Positions 1-12,682 of a DNA stretch of 64,000 bases are shown here, piece after piece. The translations under genes and the position numbers were made by a program. Position 1 is the stretch's first letter, and every line of letters begins with the position of its first letter. Below the pieces are notes generated by a model. That model made no database searches. It worked only from the letters and a program-made list of their open reading frames with translations, and was not told the DNA's origin. Source of the stretch: the human T2T-CHM13v2.0 reference genome, Homo sapiens; the NCBI RefSeq assembly GCF_009914755.1, contig NC_060938.1. The stretch is one strand, 5' to 3'.

Positions 1-185
1 GATTCTCCGGCCTCAGCCTCCCGAGTAGCTGGGATTACAGGAGCCCGCCACCACACTCGGCTATTTTTTAATACTTTTTGGTAGAGACGGAGTTTCGCCA
101 TGTTGGCCAGGCTGGTCTCGAACTCCTGATCTCAAGTGGTCTGCCCCCCTCAGCCTCCCAAAGTGCTGAGCCACTGCACTTGGCC
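1..185 (-). mobile_element. Alu (AluS-type), cut by the window edge
   Basis: Reverse Alu sequence cctcagcctcccgagtagctgggattacagg...gttggccaggctggtctcgaactcctgatctcaagtg...cccaaagtgctgagccactgcacttggcc, with a short internal deletion near the Alu 5' end. Confidence 0.95.
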
Positions 186-1474
186 AATTTCTTTCTTTTT
201 TTTTCTAAGACAATGTTGTAGCACCAAAGCCTTCATTTGACCTGATATCTTCTTCCTCTGTAATGGGCTATTTTTGCTGGAATCTCAAGAACAATAGGAC
301 AAGTATCTCCAGTTCCCTCTGCCTAAGACCAGACATGCCAAACCTTCTGCTCTGGGAATGTGTTTGCATCCACCTCTTTCTGAGATGAATCAGATTCCAT
401 AAACCACCCTCTACTACCCAGAGTCAATGCTGAGTTACGTGTGCTGGAGGGAAACCGATGGGGCTGTCAGTAGAGGAGCCCCGTGAAGTTCCAAAGGCCC
501 TGATCGACTGGAGGCAGACTGCTGCTGATGTCAGCTTCTATAGGTACCACTATCCAAAGCCTTATGATTTTCCAAGAAAAGAAATATTCTCAAGAATCTC
601 TAGCCATCTAACATAGTTTTAAAATTGCTACAATTGCCCAAAGGGAAAAATAATTCAGAATCTTTCTTACCTCCAGATGTCCTTGTCAAAGTCCAGGCTA
701 GCATATCTTTAGGATAACCATCATAAAAATGAGAAAAGGAAAAGCATTTAATGTGAAGAAGAAGAACAGGAAGACACAGGCAGATGGCGCTCTGGAGGAG
801 CACAGCCCTCCTAAGGAAGCTCTTAGGCTGCTGTGCAACTTCCATTTATCTTCTCAAACTTCCTGGAACATTGGCCGCTGATGTACCTTATCTATCTATT
901 GATGGCCCAGAAGTCATATAAACACTGTCTATCAATGGCTACCGGGACTTGTGTCCAGCAGGTTCAGACACTTGCCATTTGATCTCATTTATCTGCACTT
1001 TTTTTTCCTTAATGCTCTGCCATAAAAAAGAGTTAAAAGCTATAATCTCCCCCTTTTTCATGTCTTAAGCAGTTACTCTCCAACAAATATTCAAACTCAT
1101 TTTCTGAATGTACAGAAAAATCATTTGAGCTGCCATTTACAATTTTAGCTCTTAGGTAAATCAAACAAATTGGAAGCAATTGCTGTAAGAGCTGTACAGG
1201 CAAACAAATTCAGCTCCATCTCTCATATGTTTCTGCTTCATGGAATTTAAGCTCCATGCACCATCCGTCATTTCTATTTTATAAAAGACGTGCATGGACC
1301 AGAACTTTGCAGCCCATGTTAAACAGGAAATTAACTAACAAGTTCTCTAAATATTCATGGTGCATCTACATATGCAAGGAAATGTGCTACAAATTGACAA
1401 GGCATAAATTGGATTCTCTGTCCACCAAGAGATTGAAATATATGTGTACAATAGGTAATATTTCATAATTATAG

Positions 1475-1730
1475 AACAGGTGCTACAGGAAGTGTGTAAT
1501 CAATGGAGAGAGTATTCACTTGGTAGGTATTAAAGGTTCTTGAAAGGGCTGGGATGGAGCAGGTCATTGAGAATACAAAAGATTCAGGTAAGTGAGGGGC
1601 AGAGATTAGGAAAAGAAGATTATGAATACTGAGGCACTGAAACAAGAAAATATGAAGTGCATTTAGCAGACAGTGGGTAGGCCCATGTGGCCAGAGCAGA
1701 AAGGTTGTGGGGGCAAGTAATGAGATATAC
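1475..1730 (-). mobile_element. L2 LINE fragment
   Basis: Purine-rich degenerate sequence resembling the reverse of the L2 3' region; boundaries approximate. Confidence 0.5.
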
Positions 1731-2079
1731 ATCTGTTTGGTGTTGCTCTGAGAACTAACAAAGCCCCTTATCTAAATAGGAGTCCCTTGAGAATAGAATT
1801 CATCTAGGTAGGTTTTCTGGGGAAGCCAGTGCCCACCAGTCTCCTGTGGATACTGCTCTTTCTTTCCTAAGGATTGCTTTAGAAGCAAATCCCTGAGAGC
1901 TGTGTCAGCTAGGATAACTCTCTCTGCTACTCTCAGGTAACGGCTCCTTCCCCATCAGGCTATCAATGCTTCTCCTGCTGCTTCTGACACCTGAGTCACT
2001 GGACTCAACATTGAAGACCTGGCTCATAGGTTTCCTGCCAGCATCCTGCGTGGCTTTAGTGGCCCAAGATAACTTATTA

Positions 2080-2900
2080 TAAATCCTTGGCCCTCAGTTC
2101 CTTGACCTTTTCCCTTTTAATAGCCTCAACCTTTACTTTACCCATCCACTCTCAAGTCTACACCCTGAGCATTATCATCACCTAGAACTACTCCTCATCA
2201 GAGAAATCAAATTCAAACATTCCATAGCTGAACTTCTTATTTTCTTTACCAAAGCTTCTTCTCCTCCTTTAATCCCTATGTCAGTGGATGGTACCACTAT
2301 GCATTCTTGCCTGCATTCTGGCTTCCTCTCCAGACTACCCCCATTTCCAATCAGGAACCAGATCCTGTTGTTTTTACCTACTTCTACCTCATGAACACAT
2401 TTTCTTTTTTTCATTCCCTGCTAAAACTCTCATATATTGGCCACCATCACCTCTGGCCTGGATTCTAGTAACAGTCTCCTAACTTATATTCCTGACCTGA
2501 TTTGTACCCACTCAACTTCACTCACCCAACACAGCTGAAGTTATCTGTTCAAGTGGCAAACCTCAGTATGCTCTTCCTTCCCTCCAAATTTTGAATGGTA
2601 ACTCCTCTGTCCTCCAAACTTCTTAGCATGCTGAAAGAGGCCTTTTTCTAGAATGTTGTTACTTGTTCTCTTCCTTGCCCAGTTCCACACATCCTCCCCA
2701 TCTCAGACACCATCTTCTCTGAGATGCTTTTCCCAACTTCCTTAGACTGATTTGGGGAGCCTCCCACAGCTGGTGTTTGCCTTTGGGATGGCACTTAACA
2801 TACTAAATACTCAATTGAAATTACTTGTTTATAAGACCACCTCCAGCATGAAGAACAGTTTCCAAACCATAACAGGAGCTCATAAATGCTTATGAAATGA
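2080..2900 (+). mobile_element. L2 LINE 3' portion
   Basis: Pyrimidine-rich L2 motifs (ccaccatcacctctggcctggatt, aaacttcttagcatg) ending in the L2 tail gagctcataaatgcttatgaaatgaatga. Confidence 0.75.
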
Positions 2901-2989
2901 ATGAAAAGAGATGCAAGTGAGAAACATTTTGAATATAAGAAGGGGAAGTAAGACAAAGTAAAAGATAAATTTAAGGTTTGCTACTGGGT

Positions 2990-3185
2990 GAAAGAGGTGG
3001 GGATTGTGGAGCAATGGGCAGAGGAAGAACTTCCAGAAGAGAAGAAGCAGGTTTTGAAAATGACACTTTCAAGTTGGGCATGCTGACTTGGAGAATGACT
3101 AGATATGAGGGAACAGAGCCAGGAAACACAGATTTGGGACTTAGACACAAAGAAGGTATCTTTGAATCCATCTGTGTAGATGATG
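2990..3185 (-). mobile_element. L2 LINE fragment
   Basis: agaagaagcaggttttg...agttgggcatgctgacttggag...cagatttggga, typical of reverse L2. Confidence 0.6.
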
Positions 3186-3208
3186 TGTTTAATACATATT
3201 GTGTGGCT

Positions 3209-3718
3209 TCATTACACCGTCGAGCCATTGTGACTTCCGTTTGCTGTTTTCATGCAATATGATGCTTGTTTTTTAATTGGCTTCTACCAATTTTCCCCCA
3301 AAAGATAATTTCTTTGATCAACACATTGGCTGACTATTGATTCATACATTTCTATTTATTTATAGAGAGAGGAGCAGAGGACCAAGATTTGTATACGCAG
3401 GAAATTTTACCAATTATCCAGGTAATTCAGGTATAAATTAGAGAGTTTTTTTCTTAATTTTTGAAATAATTATTTTCATTGTTTCTGATTTTGAAGATCT
3501 GCGGGGATGTTTTTCTCCTGTAACTACCCTTTCTGTCTTTTTTTTGAACATATTTTGCTAACTGCAGCCATTAATTACCTCATCACACAATCAAGCCATT
3601 GTGACTTTTGTTTGCTGTTTTTATGCAGCCTGATGCTTGTTTTTCAATTGCCTTCTACTGTTTTCCCCGAAAGATAATTTCTTTGATCAACACATTGGCT
3701 GACCATTGATTTATGCAT
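3209..3718. repeat. Direct duplication of ~140 bp of non-TE sequence (3209-3349 and 3580-3718)
   Basis: Hand alignment gives ~85% identity, with an identical 34-bp core aaagataatttctttgatcaacacattggctgac at 3301-3334 and 3670-3703. Confidence 0.92.
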
Positions 3719-4328
3719 GTTTTACCAGAAATATTCTTGCTTGATCTCCCTCCTACCTCCTCTAAGTTGATTTCCCATTAAGGAATACTGTGTTCTGAAT
3801 TTTATTCTCTTCCCTTCCAAGTGAATAATTATCAGTACTTAAACTATCACGTCATATGCGCATGTCCTCCTGCCTACTAATTAATTTCAGAAGCTCAGTG
3901 CCCGTTCACAGATAAAAGAACGGTGCATTGGTACTTCACAGGGGTCACATTTTACCCCTAGAACCCCAAATCAGTCCACATTTTCCTAATCGTGGTATAC
4001 AGGTTTGATTTAGTAAAGTCACAATTATCTTTCAGAGTTGAAATATAAACATAAAGGCGCTTCATGAATCTAATCATATTCCTTCCTGCCACAGGAAGAA
4101 CCTTCAGTCTTTTGGAAAAACTTGTATATATATAGTGGTTCTTATTCCAAATAAGTTAAATATAGTGAATTCCTGATTCATATAGAAGTATTACAATATT
4201 TCCTTGATGAATTTGTATAGCTGGAAGCAGATCTGCCATGAAATGTGAAACCGCATCCCACTTGTGTGAGCTGCCCTGGTCAAATGTGTAAATCTCTAAG
4301 TGTAGCAAAATCTCCCTTTGCTCTAGGA

Positions 4329-4507
4329 AGTAGTTCTTAGCTTTTTGGGGGATCACAAACTGCTTCGATAATTCAGGTGCTTCTTACCAGAAAAATGCAC
4401 ATACTCACACACAGTATTTTGTATATAATTTCAGGGGGTTCAAAGATCTTTGAAAACCTAGCCATCAATCCTCTAAAGGTCCATGGAGTGCCAGTTGACA
4501 ACCCCTG
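4329..4507 (+). mobile_element. hAT-Charlie MITE (MER117-like)
   Basis: ccagaaaaatgcacatactcacacacagtattttgtatataatttcagggggttca, with degenerate TIRs agtagttct...gacaacccctg. Confidence 0.7.
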
Positions 4508-5619
4508 GACTAAGAGCTAAAGATCAATTATTGATGGATGAGGGATTTCATAAACCTCAGAATGTGAGGAAAACAGCTGCAACGATAATGTGCACTGCTG
4601 GGCAGCAGCTACAACTCGCAGCAGGAGATGCACGGCTTGTATATAGTCAAGCCCAGCATGGCACTGAGTGGGCTGCCATCTTCCTTTCTGCAGGACATCA
4701 CGTTTGCTACTCATTTTATTATGGGATTTAATTTTATGGCAGCAGAGCTCTGATTTTACAATGGAAACCAACACAAAATAGCTCCTTTTTTAATAATAAA
4801 AATTTGTCTTACAATCATTTCAGCTAAAACAAACTCGGCTTTTAGCAGGAGGGAGAATGGGAAAGGAGGAAGCTCCTGTGTTAAAAGAGCTGCTCTCTTT
4901 GCCTCTTCTCCCTTCCTTCCTACAAACCCTGGCTCTTCACTTTCTTTAATATCGTATACCCCCTTGACTCCTACTCTCTTTTATTAGGTCTCATTTCATT
5001 TTCTTGAAGCTGGTACTTGAATATCCTATATCAGTTTCAATCTTTCAATGTCTACTATTGATCTCATTTCATATTGCTTTGCAGATATCTGGTGTCGGAG
5101 CCACGCACCCCTCCCTTGAATCCTAACAGGGAAGCTTGGTGCTTTTGATCATTTGAATCACCATCTTTTACGTTCTATTTTAACTTGAGGCAACATAATC
5201 TCCCTCTTTCAATACTTACTTCAAACTTAGCTGATCTTTGATTTTTCGAAGTCATGTTTAGAAGTGTGACCTGCAGGATATGCCAGCCTGATAACTACAA
5301 TTACAAACTGGATTATTTTGCTCATCTCACCATCATCCTCACAATTGCATTTATTACTATTTTAAATGTACATGAAAGCTCATTAGTTACTGAGACAATT
5401 TGAGATTTTCTCTCCCTTCCCCCAAATCCTCTAAAACACCATTGTGTTATGGATATGTGGTTCTCAAGCCAACATTTCTCACCACGTTACTTCCTATGCA
5501 ACCCTCACAGACTGTAAACTTTGTTTTTCTTTGATTCTATTCTAAAGAAATCCTTGTAGGGTTCTTGAGATCCTAACTCCACATGATTTTCAAAGGACTT
5601 TGATTTTTCTATCCTTAAC

Positions 5620-6010
5620 ATCAGGGCTTTATCACCTTCCTTCGTGTCCCTTGGCCTCCAACACTACTGAGCTACTTGCCCTTCCCAGATCCTCATATTC
5701 TTCTGCATTTTTGCTTATGTGATTGTTTCTGTCTCGGGTGCACTTCCTCCCTTGTATACCTCATGACCCCCAGTCATTCTTTGAGGGTGTGCTCAAGTGT
5801 CCCTCAGCTCTCCTGGAATGCTTTCCTGATGCCCCTCCTCACTTCAATCCAGACCCACATGGATCCCCACCCTGCCCCTGTCATGCCTCTCAGGGCTCTT
5901 GTGTTGCAGAGCTGGCAGCTCTGCTTTGTAGCTGTTGATTACTTGTCCATGTCCATACCTCCCTCTAGACAGAAAGCTCCTTAAGGTCTGGGTATTATCA
6001 CCTAGAGTGT
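5620..6010 (+). mobile_element. L2 LINE 3' fragment
   Basis: tagacagaaagctccttaagg plus upstream pyrimidine-rich L2 motifs. Confidence 0.65.
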
Positions 6011-6059
6011 CAACCTCCTTCCCACACCCCTGGTTTGGGGTATATTCATGCCTCTAATC

Positions 6060-6417
6060 CTAACCACATTGTTCACATGGGAGTGGCTATCTTTTTACAT
6101 AGCCTATCTCTCCCACAGAATGAATGGCCTAAATGTTCTCTGACAGTCCATTTCCAACATTTAAACTGAAGATGTGGGTCTGAGTGCTGCTGGTAGTAAT
6201 GTCTCCAGCCCAGTGGAGGGAACCAGTTTGAGAGAAAAAAGATGGCCTAAAAGAAAAAAGAAAGAATTCTGGAGACATTTGCATTCCTGGTTTTCATCAT
6301 CCCTGGAACTTTCTTTCTCATGCTTTGCTTATGCAAGCCAAAAAAATCCCAATTTCTCCAAAGTGAATTCAAGCTGGGTGTCTGCCCTTTGCAACCAAAG
6401 AATCCTCTAAAATAATA
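6060..6417 (+). mobile_element. MaLR solo LTR (MLT1K/L-like), old
   Basis: 3' end aagctgggtgtctgccctttgcaaccaaagaatcctctaaaataata matches the old MLT1 LTR terminus. Confidence 0.65.
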
Positions 6418-6859
6418 TGGACCATCTTATTCATGTCTCTACCTCCAGTAGCTGACTCAGATTTTGGCATTTAATATGGGCTTCAGTAACATTGGCATTG
6501 TTAGTTCAAAGCCTGAAATTGTATTTGTTGTAATGTGGAATCAGGAATTGAGGTGGGAGCAAGCACATGTCATAATGTGACAGATGGACAAGGCTTATAC
6601 CTTAGAGCTGTATAGTGAAGTATTAACTCCACACATTCTGAGCATCTCTTTGGGTCTGAGTTTATTCTGGTGGTATTTGGCCTACCATGCTGCAGAAGTG
6701 TTGGCTATTTCTTATCTAACCAAGAATGATTAGCTCTCCTAGGGTATAGCCCTGAAAGACAAAATGAGAGAGACCATAGCATGCATACTCATTAGATGAC
6801 TTGGTTGTCCAGTTGTCTTTGTGTTTGCGTGGTGCACAGGGTATTTGGTGTGGGAGACA

Positions 6860-7030
6860 GAACAGCTGAGATGGACACTGTTTACCAGCTGTGTGGTCCT
6901 GGGAAAGCAGCTTCACTTCTCTGGGCCCTCTTTTCCCTATTTGCCAAGTGGAGAGAGTAACACCTGTCTCACATACCTCACAGGACTATTGAGGGGATGA
7001 GACAACACATACGGCAACACTTTGTTGTTG
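6860..7030 (+). mobile_element. MIR SINE
   Basis: Core ccagctgtgtggtcctgggaaagcagcttcacttctctgggccctc...acctcacaggactattgagg. Confidence 0.7.
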
Positions 7031-7679
7031 TCAAATCCTTTCTCAGAGAATCATGTCAGGCCCTCTTCTAAACACAGAGGCCACTTCAGGGCTGATGGGC
7101 CGGCTTTGATAAACACATGACATAAGGCAGGGTCACTGCTTCAAGAACTGGCCTCATGCACCTTTGTCAAGGAGCTGGGGTGAGCCTTCCCAATTCTGAT
7201 GTCTGCTTTCTGTCTTTTCTGTCCTCTTGACTCAATTGTCAAACAAAGCTTCTTGACACTTCCCATTCTGCCACTGCTCAGAGAGCCTCTCTGCTCAGTC
7301 TTTGGTCATGAAAATGGAGCCTGTGTCCCCTGCCTACCTGCCCCATTTGGGTGGAACACACCCTCTGGTACCTGCCCTAGCTCATGAGTTGGGCTGAACC
7401 TCAATGAACCCGACAGGCTGTTCCCTCACAGGCTCCCACTAGTTTGTGCAGTGTCCAGGATGTTTCCATTGAACACAGGTGGCTCTGCATAAGACCCAAT
7501 GTTGACTGCTAGCCGGACATGTGGGCCAGCATGGAAAAGTGGCCAGGGGAGCCCCATCTAGTTCTGACTCTGTTTCCTTCCTTGCTGACCTTTGCATAAG
7601 TAGCTTCCAGCAGCTTCCTAGTCTGCTAGACTGGAAAGGACATCTCTGACAGCCAGTCCATGGCCTCCCCACCAATGGG

Positions 7680-7890
7680 AGGCAGTGGTAGAAAGATGGA
7701 GGCTTTGGAGATGGGTTCAAATCCCAGCGCTGCAGCCACCTACCTGTGGGAACTAGCACATAGAACACAACATTGCTGAGTCAGACTCAGACTGTGAAAT
7801 GTGGATAATAAAGCTTGCATAACATTGCAACAATGGCTGATGGTTGGGTAGCTGCCTGGTATAGAACAGGTGCTCCATAAATATCAGTTT
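7680..7890 (+). mobile_element. MIR SINE
   Basis: ggctttggagatgggttcaaatcccagcgctgc...gcctggtatagaacaggtgctccataaata. Confidence 0.7.
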
Positions 7891-8299
7891 CCTTTCCCAT
7901 CCTTCAATTATAAAACCAACAGTTCCCATCATTACGACGTCTTACATTTCTGGAAGAAACTTGCATGCACAATCTGATTCCACAAATGAAAATATTTCAA
8001 AAAGAAATCTTGGGGGAAGAAATACATTTCCTTTTCTCCCCAACCTGCTGAGACCCAAATTCTGGGTTCTGCATTCTCTCAGCAACAAGACAGAACACAG
8101 CATGAGCTATACTCCTTCCCAGCATGGGGACATTGAGGGAGGAGTGGGGTTCAGTTTGTCAGCCTGCTCAGGATGAAGACAGAATGTCCCCCCTGCTGTT
8201 GATGGGGAGGAGGTGCCTCCAGAGCTCTGAGCTGGGTATGGCTCAGCAGAGCCCTCAAGGCTGAGGATGTGTGTCAGCAGCAAAAATAATTCCCATCTG

Positions 8300-8600
8300 C
8301 CAGGGCTGCTTATGTTTTCAAAGCACTTTCTCTTCTTTTATCTGTTTTTCCTCATACAGTATCCATGTGAGTTGAGTATTATCGTTCCCATCTGACAGAT
8401 GAGGAAATGAAGCAGACAGCAGCAGTATTGCAAAGTGGCTAAAGCACAGGCCCTTAGGAATCAGACACAGAGCTGTGTCCACATCCTGGCTCAGGTGCAT
8501 AACCTTGAACTAGCTGCTTACCCTCTGAGCCTCCATTTGCTTATCTAAAGTGTGGATCTGCAAGCGCTCACCTCATAGAGACGTTGTGAGGTTTACAAGG
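8300..8600. mobile_element. Two back-to-back MIR fragments (- then +)
   Basis: acagatgaggaaatgaagca (minus) followed by ccctctgagcctccatttgcttatctaaag...cctcatagagacgttgtgagg (plus). Confidence 0.65.
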
Positions 8601-9176
8601 GCTTGTCACGTGGTAGAAAGAACACAGGTTTTGGAGATGAGTATTCAAATCCAGGTGTTCTAAGTATTGGCTCTACAAGGGTGCCATTGACAGATCAGCA
8701 AAGAGCTTTCTTTCATAACTTCACTTTGGTTGCTTCTGTCCTGGGGCTGTTGGCCTGAGACTATCCTAAGAGGGCCCTAGGACCCCCTGGCCAGCCAGTG
8801 CTCTGAGTGGGCTCTGGGACAAAGTAGAGAAACCACATTTCCTGTAGAAATCAGACGCCACATCCAGTGACCTAGCATTGACACAAAGGCCAGAGACCTG
8901 GACCCCAGCCAGGTTCCTTCTGTGCCTCAGTTTCTCCATCTGTGAAAAGCACACAACTTACTTATGCTTTGAGCTGTTGAATTGTCACTTGGACCACAAC
9001 AGCGGCTTCCTTCCCGGCCTCCTTGCTGCCCATAGACCTGGCAGTTGCATCTTTACTCCATTTCGCTGCCCTTTGGCTGAATCCTTGACCCAAGCTTTCT
9101 CCCTGGAATGTGGAGTTTTAAGGATACTATGGCTGCCTGAAACAACGATATGTAAACTTGGGAGGGTGGATCCTGA

Positions 9177-9759
<583 letters not shown>

Positions 9760-9999
9760 TGACAAGCATCCACTTCCTACCCTGTGTTTGGATGGGCTAC
9801 ATTGTCACTGGTTGTTCCTAGTCATGTCCAATTGTCACAGCACCCAGGTAAGTTCTTGGGCTGAAGAGGGTGTCACTGAACACAAATCGTTGACAATGAA
9901 CAAGATGAATGTAACTCCAGGACAGGTGGCCCCTGCTTTACTGTGCAAGAAGATTTCAGCTGATCTATCTCAACATTTTCCCTGGATGTTTTCAAGTAG

Positions 10000-10200
10000 G
10001 AGGCAATATAGATTGGTGATTAAGAGCACAGGTCCCAGAATCAGACTGCCCAGTTTCACATCACAGCTCCACCCACTTACTAGTTATGTGACCTTGAGCA
10101 AATTCCTCTATCACTCCACACCTCAGTTTACTCATGTATCAAATGGGGGTATTTACAGTACTCAGCTCACAGGGATATTGTAAAGAATAATAAACAAATC
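10000..10200 (+). mobile_element. MIR SINE
   Basis: gtgattaagagcacagg...ccacttactagttatgtgaccttgagcaaatt...cctcagtttactcatgtatcaaatgggg. Confidence 0.8.
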
Positions 10201-10386
10201 CTCAATTCATGTCCCTCTTCATTCTCAAGTCCTAAACACAACAGAGAATGCATTTAGAGGAGAGGCTGTGGCAGGTGGGGCTTGCAGTGGATTCTGGTTT
10301 CATCTTTTCCACTTTGGTCTTTTGCGGGATGAGGAGGGAAGCTGTAAACTTCAGAGAAAACTGAGGCCTTGAAGAGGGGCAGGTCA

Positions 10387-10425
10387 ACAAAGAGATAAAC
10401 AAAGATAAACAAAGAGATAAACAGA
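10387..10425. repeat. Short tandem repeat, ~3 x AGATAAACAA(AG)
   Basis: acaaagagataaacaaagataaacaaagagataaacaga read directly. Confidence 0.85.
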
Positions 10426-10949
10426 GTCTTGTGAGTAAAAAGGGGACCAACTTGCCAAGCCAAGTGAGGCCCTCGTAGCCATCCTTCTGTGAGGTAACTG
10501 CATAGAAATGTGGGAAATTAAACGTCCTGAGGAAGGAGCTGCAGGACTGTGGGCTGGCCACTAGAGAGGCTCCTGCTGCCTGACAGTGTGAAGGCAGGAC
10601 ACAGTTCTGCAAGAAATGTTGTGGGGGACCATGGGCTCAAGGGAGATGCAGCAATCAATACAAACTAACTGGGAATATGGGAAGAAGGGCAATGCAACAG
10701 AGTCAGAATGAAATTTGTGAAAATCTTGATCGTAAAGATTTTTATGAATTTAGATACCACCCTCAGAAAAGCATTTTCCTTTAAAAAAAAAAAAAAACAC
10801 CTCTTTGAAGATGAATGAAATCCCAGCAGCACATCTGCAGACTGCTTTCAGCTCAACAATACAAAGTTACTATAAATGGTTCTGTGTACAGAATGTCATT
10901 TAAAATGTGTGACAGGCCAACAACACGTTACTAATCTAGGACTGCAGAT

Positions 10950-11165
10950 TCTCAAATCCGGTTGTCTGGGTACAAAACCTGGCTCCACTATTAATTAGCT
11001 GGAGGACCTCAAATGAGTTTCCCAACCTCTCTGTGCCTCAGTTTCCTTGTTTGTACAATGGAGACTGTTTAAGTGTCTAGTCCATAGAATTAGGGAAAAT
11101 GAGTTAACACATATAGAATGCTTAAAACACCATGTGGCATAGTAAAAGTTCAATAAACATTAGCT
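10950..11165 (+). mobile_element. MIR SINE
   Basis: aacctctctgtgcctcagtttccttgtttgtacaatgg...tggcatagtaaaagttcaataaacattagct. Confidence 0.8.
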
Positions 11166-12682
11166 GTGACAGCTGCATGTGGTTTTTTTTTAATCTCTTT
11201 GTCTTGTAATACAAGAACACAACAACATGCACACACACTCCAACAATCCAATGCAAACAACCACTCCAGCCTAAAGAGCTCTTTAAAGTACAGGGGCAGG
11301 TGAGGGCATAGTCTGGCTGAAAAGCACAAGCAAGAGTTCTCAGAACCTCAGAAGCCAAGGGTGCACTTGGCATCAGATTCCAGCACCAATTACATGGTAG
11401 GTGTGCTTTCTCTGACCCCCTAGATCCCGTCTTTGAACATAAACCTCCAATGTGTTAGTGTTGTCCTCTCTTTCCTGCTATTGCTCTGTCTTCTTCTCTG
11501 CCACTATCCTGGCTGCCCCATCAGGTCTGTGGGAGGGGAAATCTGTAAGCAGCAACATCAATCACACTCCCTAGCATAAGTGTCACCCTGGCTGGGCCAA
11601 CTAAGCTCATGGAAAGGGAGATCAGAGGTTCCCCTGACATGTGACCAGGACAGGTATTATGGCAAGTGTCCATGGGCTTCCAGTGGGAAGAGCTAACCAG
11701 AGAACACCAGCCTCATGCTCCCAAAAGAGGTGCTCCATCCTTCTTCCAATTCCATAAAACTCTTTTCTTTAGAGGTTTTCCTTCTCTTTCTCACTTTTTT
11801 TTAAAAAAACCCTCTGCCTATACAGTCACCTCCCCCTTTCCCCAATCTCTATCTCATTACGCAACTGCATGGGCTAAAAATACTTCTGGCAGCCGTGATC
11901 AAACCCAAACTGAGCAAGATGCAGATTTAATGAGGCTTCCATGGAAACAAGATTCCTTTTGCCAGGCAGAAGAAAGTGTCTGCGAGGGAAAGGAAGAGGG
12001 CAGGGAAGCAGGTGGAGAAGAGACTGAGGTGTTGGTTAGATGGGGGCAGTGGGAAGTTGGAGGAAGCCTCTTGGCCCAGCAGCACTTTCTGGAAGGGGTC
12101 CAGCCCACTGCTGGGGACTGCACCCACTGGGGACAGTCAGCTGTCCTGGTCAGCAGCATCTTAAAAGCCACACCGTGTGAGCTCATCAAAGGAAACCACA
12201 GCTTCTGCCAGGCTAAAGACAAATATTTACCACTAGAGTCCCTTAAACAGTCAAACACTTAGCAGCTGAGAAATAATTAAATGAAAACACAAAAATGAAA
12301 AGGTGCCGACTCTGGAGTTCCTGGTAGTGCTTTGATTATATCCAAGAAAGTGCAGAAGAGAAAGGTTGAGAAAAGCCAGACAGATGTGATGATTTCTATC
12401 CTGCAGGTTTTCTACTCCTTTGAGGAGGCATTTCCTTGCAGCCCACGGTTCTCCGGGCTGCTAGAGGTGTGAGGTTCCTGAAAGAATCTCAGAGGGAAAG
12501 CAGAACTCTTTAACAAATGCCAGGTGGTTCAATGATCCCCAGTTTCATCTCACCAGAGCAGGGATAGCACCTGATGTAATCCTGCTGCCTCTTCCAGGCC
12601 CTTACCATTTTCTTGCTATTTTCCATTGCAATTGCACTAATTTTTCACATCCCGAGAAGGAGGGTACATACTGGTTAAAAAG

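Noticed and set aside
3255-3350. The duplicated unit as a C/D or H/ACA snoRNA pair
   Set aside because: The C box is ATGATGC/CTGATGC and lacks the essential terminal GA, the ACA box is missing in copy 2, and I recognise no rRNA antisense element.
3190-5620. The repeat-poor block as an endogenous viral element or processed pseudogene
   Set aside because: Hand translation of the frames I tried gave no recognisable protein, and there is no poly(A) or TSD. A TBLASTX search would be needed to exclude it fully.
10556-10575. CTCF-like ggccactagagaggc
   Set aside because: The spacing deviates from the core consensus.
11666-12262. 198-aa ORF, the longest in the window
   Set aside because: Non-ATG start, no recognisable domain or codon bias, and no supported exon structure.
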